The translations under genes and the position numbers were made by a program. Positions 31,552-42,356 of a stretch of DNA of 64,000 bases are shown here, piece after piece; position 1 is the first letter of the stretch; the number at the start of each line of letters is the position of its first letter. The stretch is from Tetramitus jugosus (Eukaryota; Protista; Heterolobosea). The stretch spans positions 310,001 to 374,000 of the forward strand of contig OW569378.1 in assembly GCA_937625935.1 (NCBI GenBank), in the 5' to 3' direction. The notes below the pieces were generated by a model that worked only from the letters and a program-made list of their open reading frames with translations, was not told the DNA's origin and searched no databases.

Positions 31552-33021
31552 TTATGTGATGTCAGCCAACTGGACTCTCTCAACCTTGAAGTCTGAGAAA
31601 TGAAAGAAGAGGTCCAGTTCTGGATCTGATAAATGAGAGAGCTCTGGTCTGAACGATCGAATGAGGAACCGAGAAAGATAAGAGTAGTCCTGGTTGGTAG
31701 TTGGTTCCTCGTTAGTGTAATATCGATTAAACCTGGGAATGAATATGGTCTGTTCAGGCTTGACCATGATCGGTGCGTGTTGTGTAAATTGAGAGATCAT
31801 GGTAGAGAATGCCAAGTCGATCATCTCTGGATTCTCATTGACGAATCGGTGGACAGTGGTTGGGATATCATGTGTGTACATGTCCAAGTACTTTTTGTGA
31901 AAGAACGAGCCACTCGTCGTGACTGATAGAGAGCTGAATAAGGCAGAGAATGGATGTCCTTGGAAAACTTGCGCCAGTTCTTTGTCTCTATGTGAGCAAA
32001 TAGCTGAATAGATGAAGTCAACTGTTTTGATTGGTTGAATCCCTAGAGTTTCTTTGTGAACATTCATCAATGGGGCGCACTGCTCAGTGTATGGATCATT
32101 AAACTTTCTCAGTGCAGTATTCAATGAGAATCCAATCAACAAGTTAGGGAACCATTTCCATGTCAGGAATCCATAGTCTACATCCTTTGGATGAACGACA
32201 GTACCGACACGAAGCATAAAAACACATTCCGTTTCAATGAAGGAGTGAGGAGCCAGGATATCGTTCGGAGAAGATCCTGGATTCCAAACAATAGTTAAAG
32301 AAAGCTGCTTCACTTGAGTCTTTCGATCAGAAAATATTGGAGGATTCATCAAAGCATGCTGAAGTAGTCCTAATTGCCTCTTGACGCTGTCAAAAAGCTC
32401 TTTCCTCTTGATATCTCGTTGCCAGAGGACAACTATTTGGTGTACGCGATGTGATTGGGCATATAATCTCACTGATTTTTCCACTTCAGTCAGTAACTTG
32501 CTCACTGAAAGTGATTCGTCTGTGCTTGCCAATGATGAATCAGGTGGTCCAGTATTGGCAATGAGTACCACAGTGTACATGGACAACTTTACCTTGACAT
32601 CCAAGGAGGCATCCTTATGGATAGGATTGGGATTAAACACCCTCTCGATCGCACTATCTGCGTACAGCAGAGTCACATGAGATATTTCTCTAGGTGTGTA
32701 ATCACCTCTCGTGTACATGTACTTGAAGTGACGCACCTCTGAGGAGTTGTAGAGCTGAGAGCCATCATGCTCGTACAACAATCCGTCCATTAATGATCTT
32801 CTGTGGTAGTAATGAGAAGAAGCAATGGATTGAGCTGCATTTTTAGTGATTGGACTCTCATGTTTCTGATCAGATGTGAGGATGGGATCAGATAATAGAG
32901 CTGATGAAGGAGAGCTGAATTGACTCCATTGAACAACAAAGAGTGCAAACAGAATCAATACAATAGCTATCAAGCGAATGTGCTCGTGTTTCATGTTTGA
33001 TTCATTCAATGACAAGGCCAT
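31552..33021 (-). CDS. Type II membrane GT64 (EXTL2-like) glycosyltransferase homolog, catalytic motifs degenerate
   Basis: N-terminal TM; YTVVL, QIVVLW, IETECVF, DVDYGFLTWKWFPNLLIGF, TSGSFFHKKYLDMYT, AFSTMISQ.T...PI.V match the GT64 pattern. Confidence 0.7.
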   Translation of the reverse strand: MALSLNESNMKHEHIRLIAIVLILFALFVVQWSQFSSPSSALLSDPILTSDQKHESPITKNAAQSIASSHYYHRRSLMDGLLYEHDGSQLYNSSEVRHFKYMYTRGDYTPREISHVTLLYADSAIERVFNPNPIHKDASLDVKVKLSMYTVVLIANTGPPDSSLASTDESLSVSKLLTEVEKSVRLYAQSHRVHQIVVLWQRDIKRKELFDSVKRQLGLLQHALMNPPIFSDRKTQVKQLSLTIVWNPGSSPNDILAPHSFIETECVFMLRVGTVVHPKDVDYGFLTWKWFPNLLIGFSLNTALRKFNDPYTEQCAPLMNVHKETLGIQPIKTVDFIYSAICSHRDKELAQVFQGHPFSALFSSLSVTTSGSFFHKKYLDMYTHDIPTTVHRFVNENPEMIDLAFSTMISQFTQHAPIMVKPEQTIFIPRFNRYYTNEEPTTNQDYSYLSRFLIRSFRPELSHLSDPELDLFFHFSDFKVERVQLADIT

Positions 33022-33238
33022 CTACTGCTGGTATTTTCGCGCCACTCATGGGTTCAATTCGATAATAAATTTGGACATGAGTTTCCTCTCGGAGCTAAAA
33101 AGTCAAAGAGACCAATCTTGTGAATTTCGTAAAACCATCCAAGAGCCCGAAGCACAAAAAACTCGATCGTCAATTACAACCATCGATCGTCACACAGAGA
33201 TATCATAAAACCAACACACAACAAACAACAACAATAAC

Positions 33239-35206
33239 ATGAAACAAACACAATCCACCATCTTCCATGGTAGCTCTGCTCTCCAGCACCGTCTTAATAT
33301 CCAGGAAGGCAGAAGTCACATTCACAATAGCTTGGTCAACCCTGATCACGTCATGGTCAAGTTTGTGTTGGACGATGTCAACTCTGTTACACCAAGCACT
33401 CCCCATGATAAAGCTTTGACGACAACAACTGTTGATCAACAAGAACAAGATGATCACTTTGTGGCCTCATTGCCCAACAATTACATTTGTTTTGATAAGC
33501 CAGTGACTGGATTGGATCTGATCCATCATGACACGATTCAAAACTATGTCAAGCAACAAAAGAAGAAGACTGATGAGAAGAATGAACTGTTGGCCATCAA
33601 GATTAATCAATTAGCTACCAATATCAACCAAAAAACTTCATTCTCTCAAATCACTGTGAGTCCAATCATGTTCTACAGTGCGACTGGTAATGAGATTTAT
33701 AGAAGATCGTTGGTGTTTGTGTTGGGTATGGCCTTCCAGGAATTGTACCCTGATTTGCACTTGTCTGTTGAGCATGCACTGCACAGAGGCTACATGAGTG
33801 AAGTCGAAGGTTTTGAGCAAATTGAAGAAGAGATGGCTCAGAACATTGAGAACAAGATGAAGGAGATTATTGAGAAGGATTTGCCAATCACTGAAGAAAA
33901 TGTACCATTTGATATGGCACTAGAGTACTTTACAAAGGAGTGCAATAGACCATTCTCCAGTCTGTTGATTATGTCAAAGTTTGCTCAAGCCATCACTGTG
34001 GACAAGTGCGGTGATTACTATGATTTGCACTATCGTCCACTCGTGTACAGAACTGGATTGTTGAAGCACTTTTCATTGGTGCCATACAGACAGGGTATGA
34101 TGCTCAAATTCCCTCCTGATGAGTACAAGTTGGAGTACTCTGGTGAGTCTGAATTGTCAAAGAATTATGCCTGTGAGGCTGAAAAGAAGTCAATTATTGG
34201 TGAATTGGATGAGAGTGATGCTCTTGTTCGTATCTATCAAGAATCCAACTCTTGGGGCAGAATTACTGGCATTCGATGTGCTGGTGAGTTGAATGCTCAA
34301 ATCAGAGACAAGAATATTAAGCACTTTATCGCATTGAATCACGCATTGCACGACTCCAAGATCTCCAAGATTGCCCGTGTCATCTACAAGCAAAGACAAA
34401 ACATTAGACTCGTGTTGGCCGCTGGTCCATCATCATCAGGCAAGACGACGTTTGCCAAAAAGTTGAGTATTCAGATGGAAATGCTAGGATTGAAGCCTGT
34501 GATCCTATCTGTCGACGATTACTACAAGGAGCGTTCTCAATGCCCAAGAGACAAGTTTGGCAACTATGACTTTGAAGTGATTGATGCACTGAGAATCGAT
34601 GTGTTGAACGATCACTTGCACGCACTCTTGTCTGGTGAAGAAGTGGAACCACCAGTGTTTGACTTCAAGATTGGTGCACCGAGACCATCGGGTCGAAAGG
34701 TTCGCATGGGACCAGACTCTGTGCTCGTCATGGAAGGCATCCACTGCCTCAATGACGCACTGACACCAAAGGTCGACTCCAAGAACAAGTTTAGAATCTT
34801 TGTCGCACCCATGACTCAACTCAACTTGGACGAGATGAACTTTGTGAGTCCAACAACCAACAGACTGTTGAGAAGAATTGTGAGAGATTATCATCACAGA
34901 GCTCACTCTGCGGAGCAAACACTGGAGAGGTGGCCCTCTGTTCGCGTCGGAGAACACAAGTACATTTTCCCACACATTACATCGGCCAATGTGATTGTCA
35001 ACACGGCATTGGACTATGAGCTGGCAGTGTTGAAGCCGTATGCAAAGCCATTGTTGAAGATGATTGCACCATCGAGCAATCACTTTAACAGAGCAAAGGA
35101 ACTGTTGGACTTTTTGAACAATTTCCACTCTCTGTCCGACGAGTACATTCCAAGCGATTCTCTGTTGAGAGAGTTCATTGGCAAGTCCTTCTTTGAAGAA
35201 GATTAA
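33239..35206 (+). CDS. Bacterial-type nucleoside/uridine kinase with N-terminal ThrRS/AlaRS-editing-like domain
   Basis: IYRRSLVFVL..A..ELYP, PLVYRTG.LK.F.L..Y..G..L.FP, Walker A AGPSSSGKTT, LSVDDYY, EGIHCLN, RLLRRIVRDY..R, WPSVR.GE.KYIFP. Intronless. Confidence 0.85.
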   Translation: MKQTQSTIFHGSSALQHRLNIQEGRSHIHNSLVNPDHVMVKFVLDDVNSVTPSTPHDKALTTTTVDQQEQDDHFVASLPNNYICFDKPVTGLDLIHHDTIQNYVKQQKKKTDEKNELLAIKINQLATNINQKTSFSQITVSPIMFYSATGNEIYRRSLVFVLGMAFQELYPDLHLSVEHALHRGYMSEVEGFEQIEEEMAQNIENKMKEIIEKDLPITEENVPFDMALEYFTKECNRPFSSLLIMSKFAQAITVDKCGDYYDLHYRPLVYRTGLLKHFSLVPYRQGMMLKFPPDEYKLEYSGESELSKNYACEAEKKSIIGELDESDALVRIYQESNSWGRITGIRCAGELNAQIRDKNIKHFIALNHALHDSKISKIARVIYKQRQNIRLVLAAGPSSSGKTTFAKKLSIQMEMLGLKPVILSVDDYYKERSQCPRDKFGNYDFEVIDALRIDVLNDHLHALLSGEEVEPPVFDFKIGAPRPSGRKVRMGPDSVLVMEGIHCLNDALTPKVDSKNKFRIFVAPMTQLNLDEMNFVSPTTNRLLRRIVRDYHHRAHSAEQTLERWPSVRVGEHKYIFPHITSANVIVNTALDYELAVLKPYAKPLLKMIAPSSNHFNRAKELLDFLNNFHSLSDEYIPSDSLLREFIGKSFFEED

Positions 35207-35294
35207 AAAGAAAAAAATTAAACCTTGCACACCTCACACCATTAGAATTGGAACGCACACATGATGATAGATGATTGTCATGATTGTCATGTGT

Positions 35295-36092
35295 TTATTG
35301 ATGGAACTCTGGTGGGCGACCACATTCGCGACAAACGAGCTTGAATGCGTGCTTGATGTAAACCTTGCACTCACTGGTTGACTTGTTCTGATCACCATCA
35401 GTTGCCGTGTTCGCATGTTGATCCTTGGACAATTTACAATTGACACATGTGGTCTTCTTCCATTGATGAGGAGAAAAGTTGTCGCATGCACCACTGGCAG
35501 CACTTGTGCTGGTTGTAGTAGTAGTAGCAGCAGCAGGTGTAGCTGACTTTTGTTCAGCAAGCTTCTTCTTTTCTTCCTCTTGTTGTTGCTTTTGCTTTTG
35601 TTGTTGTTGTTGTTGCTCAAGGAGAAGCTTTTGTTTTTGTTCTTGCTCTGCTTGTTCCTTTTGTCGCTTTTGTTCCTCTGCTTCACGTTGTTGCTTCTGA
35701 GCAGCAGCTTCCTTTTGCTGTTGTTCCTCCAGAGCTTTCTTTCTCTGTTGAGCTGCTGCTTCTTCTTCCTCTTGTTGCTGCTTCTTCTTCTTTTCCAATT
35801 CTGCTGCTGCGATTTGTTGAGAGTTGTCAACGACTGCTGCGTCAGCAGTTGGTTGTTTTTGTGGAGTAGGTGTAGCTGTAGCTGTAACAGTAGTAGTGTT
35901 GGTTGTTGTTGTTGTTGTTGATGAAGAGAGTGCTTGACTCACGCCCTTCATTTGTTCAGCAATCAATCGAGTCAAAAATTCCTTCTCTTGAGTCAATTCT
36001 TCAAATTCCAACTCATCAGCGACTTGTTCGAGACGGTTGACAATGATTGTCAATTGTTGATTTACAGCAATGATATCTTGTTCAGAGACCAT
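35295..36092 (-). CDS. Coiled-coil Q/E/K-rich protein with two C-terminal C-x-CxxC-x-H zinc-binding motifs
   Basis: ATG at 36092; CDNFSPHQWKKTTCVNCKLSKDQH and CKVYIKHAFKLVCRECGRPPEFHQ. Confidence 0.7.
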   Translation of the reverse strand: MVSEQDIIAVNQQLTIIVNRLEQVADELEFEELTQEKEFLTRLIAEQMKGVSQALSSSTTTTTTNTTTVTATATPTPQKQPTADAAVVDNSQQIAAAELEKKKKQQQEEEEAAAQQRKKALEEQQQKEAAAQKQQREAEEQKRQKEQAEQEQKQKLLLEQQQQQQKQKQQQEEEKKKLAEQKSATPAAATTTTTSTSAASGACDNFSPHQWKKTTCVNCKLSKDQHANTATDGDQNKSTSECKVYIKHAFKLVCRECGRPPEFHQ

Positions 36093-36673
36093 GGTTTTGT
36101 TTTTGTATTGGTGATATGTTATGTAAAAAGTGATTGGTTTGTTGTTCGAGTTTGGCCCAACAGGTAAACACAACAAGAAAACGATTGTTGTGGTTCGACA
36201 TCAAGTAGGAGTCACATGTCATAGATTCTACGGGGAAATTTGTGAATGACAGGTTGTGATTTGAAGAGTGATTTGATCGAAAGAGTCGGTATCCGTTCTT
36301 GGGATGTTCCGCTAGTTACAGTCTTCAAGATGTTGAAATATTTCTTTGCTCATGGAGAGCTATAGATTGACTTTGGATCCAAAAAGACTCACTGACCATG
36401 GATGACGCAGTCTGAAAAAAATATTAGCTTCTCAAATGGGAGAATAGCACTTGGGCAGATGGTAAATTTGCTTTGGAGACAGGTCTTCAATCTGTCCACT
36501 AGCGGGACATATTTGTGGCATATTCAATGGTCCACCAATAGATAGTTTATGTGTTGGTGTCTACTATTGAATCCTCCCACCAAGGAAAACAAACCACTTC
36601 AGGTGATTCAAATACTACATTCACAGAGTTAGTACTCTACACTCAGGTAGTTCTTCTTGTTACTTTCAAGACA

Positions 36674-37012
36674 ATGGTGTCAAGATATTCATTCGTGCTG
36701 GCAATTCTTTTGCTGGTGGTGCTTGTGTTGAGCATTTCATGCAAAGATCAAACATCTACTTCATTCTCCAACAACCCTGCCTCTCCAGAGAAGCAACAAC
36801 AGATGAATCACTCCTTCAAACCTAACTCACAGGCGTTTCCAATGAAACCTGCCTCTGTGGGAGACATCCAAAAATCGACTACTTTCTTTCAATCACTCCA
36901 GGATAGGACTGCCCAAATATTTCGAAACAGTTCTACTTCCAACATGCACTATACATCGATGATTGCTCAGCTAGCAATCATTCTCCTCATGAGTGCGATC
37001 CTTCTGCTGTAA
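36674..37012 (+). CDS. Small secreted, probably GPI-anchored protein
   Basis: Signal peptide MVSRYSFVLAILLLVVLVLSISC, S/T/Q-rich middle, hydrophobic C-terminus. Confidence 0.5.
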   Translation: MVSRYSFVLAILLLVVLVLSISCKDQTSTSFSNNPASPEKQQQMNHSFKPNSQAFPMKPASVGDIQKSTTFFQSLQDRTAQIFRNSSTSNMHYTSMIAQLAIILLMSAILLL

Positions 37013-37293
37013 AAATCGATAACTCGAAATTTTGGAAAAGACCAACGATCAAAAACTTAGAGATTAGAAAAGTGCGGTTCTTTGGGACAATAATCCTAGG
37101 AACGGATGTCACTGTAGATGCGGCAAATCGGTAATTCCAAAAGGTCCGTCGCCCAAATTCTGGCATAACCCCTACTATCCCCAAAAAGCTTGATTTCTTC
37201 GGGTAAAATATCAAAAACAACTTTGATAGCGTCACAACAACCAACAACAATCGTTTCACTCTATTTTGCATTGTTTCCTCCTTGTTTGATATC

Positions 37294-37911
37294 ATGAGTC
37301 ATCATATCGATTATACTTTTGCTGCTATTTTGGCCACTGGTGGCACGTTTGCCTTCATTAAGAAGAAGGTAAGGATTGCTCATCATTTTTCACTTTTTGT
37401 GTTTTCTTTGATCTCGAAGTTGCAAAATGCAACTTTCATTATACCTGTTTGTTGTTTGTTGTTTTTTGTTTTTTGTTTGATCATTCCTTGATTTTTTGGT
37501 TGACTGTTTTGTTTGCTTACAACATGAATCAATTCCTTCAAATATCAACAGAGCACACCTAGCTTGGTAGGTGGTTTGACATTGGCTGGTGCGTTTGTTG
37601 CCGCTGGTTACATGGTTCATCAAAAGTACGAGTACACAACTGGACATGCGATTGGAACTGGTGCTGGTGCTACTTTGGCTGCTGTTGGTGCAAGCAGATA
37701 TGTCAAGACCAAGAAACCGATGCCATCTTTGGCATTGTTGGGATTGTAAGTTGTTCTGTTGTTCTTATTCTTCTTTGTATCATCGCTTTGTTCACGTACT
37801 AACTCATGTTCTGCTGATCAATTGATTGTAATATCAACCGATAATATGCATAAATAAATACTTAGGGGTTTGGTTGCATGTGCTTATCATGCTATGAAAT
37901 TGACCAAGTAA
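37294..37911 (+). CDS. TMEM14: TMEM14-family small membrane protein; introns 37369-37551 and 37746-37865
   Basis: Spliced: MSHHIDYTFAAILATGGTFAFIKK-STPSLVGG...RYVKTKKPMPSLALLGLGLVACAYHAMKLTK*; GG..(Y/F)..K.S..SL..G and R...T.K.MP motifs. Confidence 0.85.
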
Positions 37912-38022
37912 AAGAGAGGGTATATTGCACGACGAAATAATTATTCCACACATGATCAATTTTCCTTCCAGGAAATGTCCGTCCATCAATAAATTAAAGT
38001 CTGATAAGATAAAATCGCTTTA

Positions 38023-39920
38023 CTAACTAAATCTCGTACTTGAACTTGTTTGTGAGAAAGGAAGATTGGAAGATGATGATGAGGAGATGTTTGTGGGCGT
38101 TCGAGAAGCTTCTTGTTGGGTAGGCTTCAATAATCGCTTCGGTATAATCTTATTCTTGAGGTTGGGATCAGATAGCATGCGCAATTCTGAGAATCAACAA
38201 CAATTAACATTAGTACGACGAGTGTGTTAAAAAATACAATGATCATCAAACAAAAAAAACTAAAACTTACCACCAGCAGTAAAATCAAAGAGATTAGGCA
38301 GAGGTTTTCCATTTGGTAATTTCGTTTTAGGGTCCCTCAGTTCATCGAAAAATGGATGAGCCAGGGCATCTATGGGATTCACTCTCTTTGTTGGATTGTA
38401 CTGTAATAGTTGTGTAATGAGATCAATGGCCTCAGGTGGAGGTGCATTTGGCTTCCTGTCTGCGAACACTCGGCTCCATGGATGGGGTTTCACCTGCGGG
38501 AATCTAAACTCCGTATAGTCCTTGTTCATTGATTCGATTTCGGTTTTGGCGGGTGTGCCAAGCACCCGAATAATTTCTACAAGTTGATCCACACTGCTCT
38601 CTCCTGGGAACAGAGGTTGACTGATCAATAGTTCACCAAGCACGCAACCTGCGGACCAGATATCGATGGCAGTCGTGTATTTTGTCGAACCAAAAATCAA
38701 CTCTGGTGCTCTATAGTAGCGAGAGCAAATGTAGGCCACATTTGGCTCATCTCTCACCAATTGTTTAGCACTTCCGAAGTCACAGAGCTTTAGAATGCCC
38801 TTCACAGGATCAATCAACAAGTTTTGAGGCTTAATGTCACGATGACAAATATTGAGAGAGTGTATATAATTTAGAGAGCGGAGCAGTTGATATGTGAACA
38901 GTTTGACGTAAATCATGGGCATAAATGAGTTGTTCTTTGCGTATTGACAGCAGAATCGAAACACAGTATCAGGAACATATTCCAGCACTAGATTCAAGTA
39001 GACTTCATCTGGTCCCTGTTATTTTTTTTGTTGTTAGTATCAATCTTCAATTTTAAAAAGTGATGAATGTGAGAAAAAAAAAGTCACATACCTTGTCTCC
39101 ATTGGAGTAAAAACAGTGCTTCATCTCCACTACGTTTGGATGACCCAACATTTTCATAATTTGAAGCTCTCTGTTCTTAAATCTCTTGTCTTGTAGCACC
39201 TTTTTTATCGCAACAGACTCACCCGTTTCAAACACTTTTGCTAAAAACACAACACCAAAACTACCACTTCCAACTACTCTCTCAGCACTATAATTAATCG
39301 TTTTCCGCTTTCCATCTTGTTGGAAAGAATATGCAGTGTTTGTGACTGGTACTGTTGAGTTGTAGCTCACATTATTGTTGTTGCTGCTGCCATTGTTGTG
39401 ATTCGAGTAATTGTTCGCTGGGTACTTTTGTTTGTTGTTTGTGAGTCTGTTCGAGTCATCTTCAATGTAGTGATGTTGCTGATGCTGATGATGCTGATGA
39501 TGGTTACTTGTTTCTACATGTTGGTGTGGTGGTTCTTCATTATTGATGGATGATGCACGGGTGTTTCTTGGTGGTGCCTGTGTTTTATAGACTGACGATG
39601 ATGTTCGTGACGTCGACGATACTTGACTGTTATCTGTGTGTGTGCACATGTGATGAGTATAGATAGTCATATTGTTGATGATAATTTTTTGGTTGTTATT
39701 ATGACAAGTTCATGATGTGATTTTGTGTTACACTGAGAAGACAGCTTGATTGAACGATTTTGCGAACGCGTTCACTCTCTGCTTTGGCCTCCAAAAAATA
39801 ATGATGTGAGTTTTAATACATACTGGCATGATTGTTTCCATCAAGTCTCATATCATTAAAGTTATTGCTTAAAAAATGGTCGTCATCATGTTGTTGCTGT
39901 TGCTGCTGATGTGGATTCAT
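38023..39920 (-). CDS. GSK3: Glycogen synthase kinase 3 / shaggy-like kinase; introns 39634-39823, 39016-39091, 38187-38270
   Basis: [68 protein letters not shown]. All four exons join in frame from ATG 39920 to TAG 38023. Confidence 0.95.
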
Positions 39921-40414
39921 TTTTTTGTTATTGTTGTTGATGTTGTTCTAAGAGTACAATGATATATGGTTTTGTGTTGTGGAATGATGAAGAAGCGAAT
40001 TTTTGGTCTGTTACCACTGATAAAAAAAGCTGTTCGATTGGTTTTTCGTCCCAACTGTCGCACGCAAGAAATTGGTGTGGTGATGCGTTTTTGGGAGTTG
40101 GCGTTTGCTTCTGATAAGTGTGTTTTTTTTGACTATCTATGGCGACGACGATGTGCTCTTTGACTCGCTGACAATAATTGATGTGCTTGCTGTGTGTTGT
40201 GACTTTGTTTATGGAGAGCGAGCACGACAGAGTCCCTTGAGATGCGATTTGTACGGCCTTGAGTGCAGTCCGCTTCCAATGACAATTTGTTACCCGCCAT
40301 AGTTTACAAAATCCAAAATTACAAATAGAGCGGATTTTTCCCTTCGACTTGGTAAATTCCAGACAGTTGACGAACTGTGGCTGCCCGAAACTCGGCACAA
40401 AAACGCACAGAAGT

Positions 40415-42307
40415 ATGAGAAAGGAAGAGCATGCGACAAGAGCAGACACAAAGCGGCAAGCTAACAATTGGATCTTTCGAACACGGATGCTCTTGCAGCA
40501 CTTGATGGCGAGAATGCCCTCCAGTGATGATATCGATTCATCATCCATGCATCATCAGGTGATGCATATGAATCCCAAGGTGCGATCTTTGTCTTCATCT
40601 TCTGATGGTGGTGTTGATGCAAATGTGAGTGAAGAACTACGAGAGCTATTTCAAAAGTTTCAGTCAGAGCTTGATTTCACAATGACCGAGTTTTTTGATC
40701 CTCCTGTGGTGTCTGTTGCTTCGTTGGATTATTGTGCTGATCAACGCAGGAATCAAGACAGGAGATCACTGGTGCCGAATGTGCATTTCAGTAATTGGAT
40801 GAATGGATCACACAGTGGTCATCACTGGTTTGATCAAATGAATTTTTATGTTCCATTGCATGATTGTGTGAGAATAGAGACAAGGGGGAAGAGTGGTGAT
40901 GACAATGAAGCATCGTTCGTATCGTTGCACACAAACAAAATTCTAAATAGGATAGAAATAGTTTTGTTGATGAATTCTCAACCATTCGAACACATGATAG
41001 ACAAGAGTGCGTTTGATAGGGATTGCAAGCGAATTTTTGGTGATGAGTCGAGCATGACGATTCTATCGAAATATGAAGCATTGAAAACAATGAAATCAAA
41101 ACATATGTTCCTATTCTCATTGTGCCAAAGTTTATTGTCTCAGAATCGAGTTTCAGCATGTATCAACGTGATGAAGTATATGAGTGGAGATGAGCGTTTA
41201 ATAGTGCTTGCATCTTGCTTCTGTTTGATGAAAGTCATGTTATTGGATGAGTGTTTGGAACTCGTAAGCGAAAAAAGTCATTTAATACCTGTGAATATCC
41301 TGTTGTTGGTTCAGTGCTATTGCTATACTTTAATGAATCAATGGAATCACATCAACGATATCATGAAGCAAGTGAATGACATTGTTCATGCAAAGAGTGA
41401 CTCACGAGATGTGTCAATATCTGCTCTGGATAGATACTATTTTTCTTATTTTATGGCCTTGAGTTTTGCAAAGCAAGACAAGTGGAGTGAATGTGTGGAA
41501 TCATGTGAAGACAGTTTAGAGTCTGTGTTAGAGGTATCACCAGACAAAAATGACATTATGATTCGGATTCAACCACTCTTATTGTATGCATATTCGCTGG
41601 GCAAGTGCTATCGATATGAACAGGCAGAGATAACGTTCATTGAGATCACAAAAAATCTGTTTCCCTCAAATGCTCAAGGACACTTGCATTATGCACTATT
41701 TCTAAAGAGGTTTGAGAAAAGATCTGAAGAATATATGAAGCAAGTCCAAGCGGCTATTCAATGCAAAGATGTATTCTTCAATGAATGGAATGAGCAAATT
41801 TGCTCTTCATTGAGTACTTTTGGATCGAGTTCAACAACTCTCAAAGCTCTGAAAAACATTCAACAAATAGCTGACAGTTGTATCAGAAGCTATGGCTTTT
41901 CATTTGATGGAAACAATCAGTCATTGATTACCACAAGTCCCACTGCGCGTAACAAGCAACAACACCAACAAGGTTCGTCCTCTACGATACCACAACACAT
42001 CATACACTGTGCCTTTCTTTATCTGTTGTGTGCCAGAGTGTATGGAAAGCATCTCCAAATGGTGGAGAACGCTTCCAAACTGTACGAGAGAGCCAGTAAT
42101 ATCGAACGGTACTGTTTACAGTTGTTGGCTCAAGATGATGACTCGAGCCAAGAAGAAACAAGAGTATCTCATTGCATCGACCCATTGTCTGTGCACTTCT
42201 TTTACACTCAGCTCATGGGAACAATGATATCATCTCTGTGGATCACCAGAGAAATGTGTCAATACTTTGTCTATTCTGAGCAAGAACATCGGATACCCAA
42301 GCTCTAA
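40415..42307 (+). CDS. Hypothetical alpha-helical (TPR-like) protein; start uncertain (40415/40505/40514)
   Basis: Long ORF with TPR-like helices YEQAEITF...FPSNAQGHLHYALFL and ENASKLYERA. Confidence 0.5.
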   Translation: MRKEEHATRADTKRQANNWIFRTRMLLQHLMARMPSSDDIDSSSMHHQVMHMNPKVRSLSSSSDGGVDANVSEELRELFQKFQSELDFTMTEFFDPPVVSVASLDYCADQRRNQDRRSLVPNVHFSNWMNGSHSGHHWFDQMNFYVPLHDCVRIETRGKSGDDNEASFVSLHTNKILNRIEIVLLMNSQPFEHMIDKSAFDRDCKRIFGDESSMTILSKYEALKTMKSKHMFLFSLCQSLLSQNRVSACINVMKYMSGDERLIVLASCFCLMKVMLLDECLELVSEKSHLIPVNILLLVQCYCYTLMNQWNHINDIMKQVNDIVHAKSDSRDVSISALDRYYFSYFMALSFAKQDKWSECVESCEDSLESVLEVSPDKNDIMIRIQPLLLYAYSLGKCYRYEQAEITFIEITKNLFPSNAQGHLHYALFLKRFEKRSEEYMKQVQAAIQCKDVFFNEWNEQICSSLSTFGSSSTTLKALKNIQQIADSCIRSYGFSFDGNNQSLITTSPTARNKQQHQQGSSSTIPQHIIHCAFLYLLCARVYGKHLQMVENASKLYERASNIERYCLQLLAQDDDSSQEETRVSHCIDPLSVHFFYTQLMGTMISSLWITREMCQYFVYSEQEHRIPKL

Positions 42308-42356
42308 AAAAAGCTCACCTTTTCATTTTTCTTTCAGACGACAAAAGATCAAAAAC

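Noticed and set aside
34505-35230. 241-aa minus-strand ORF
   Set aside because: Antisense shadow of the uridine kinase, explained by codon bias.
35234-35921. Overlapping poly-Leu, poly-Cys and poly-Asn ORFs
   Set aside because: Alternative frames of the CAA/GAA-rich Q/E/K coding region.
39928-40548. 206-aa minus-strand ORF upstream of GSK3
   Set aside because: Overlaps the start of the TPR-like gene and the GSK3 leader; GSK3 has its own in-frame ATG at 39920.
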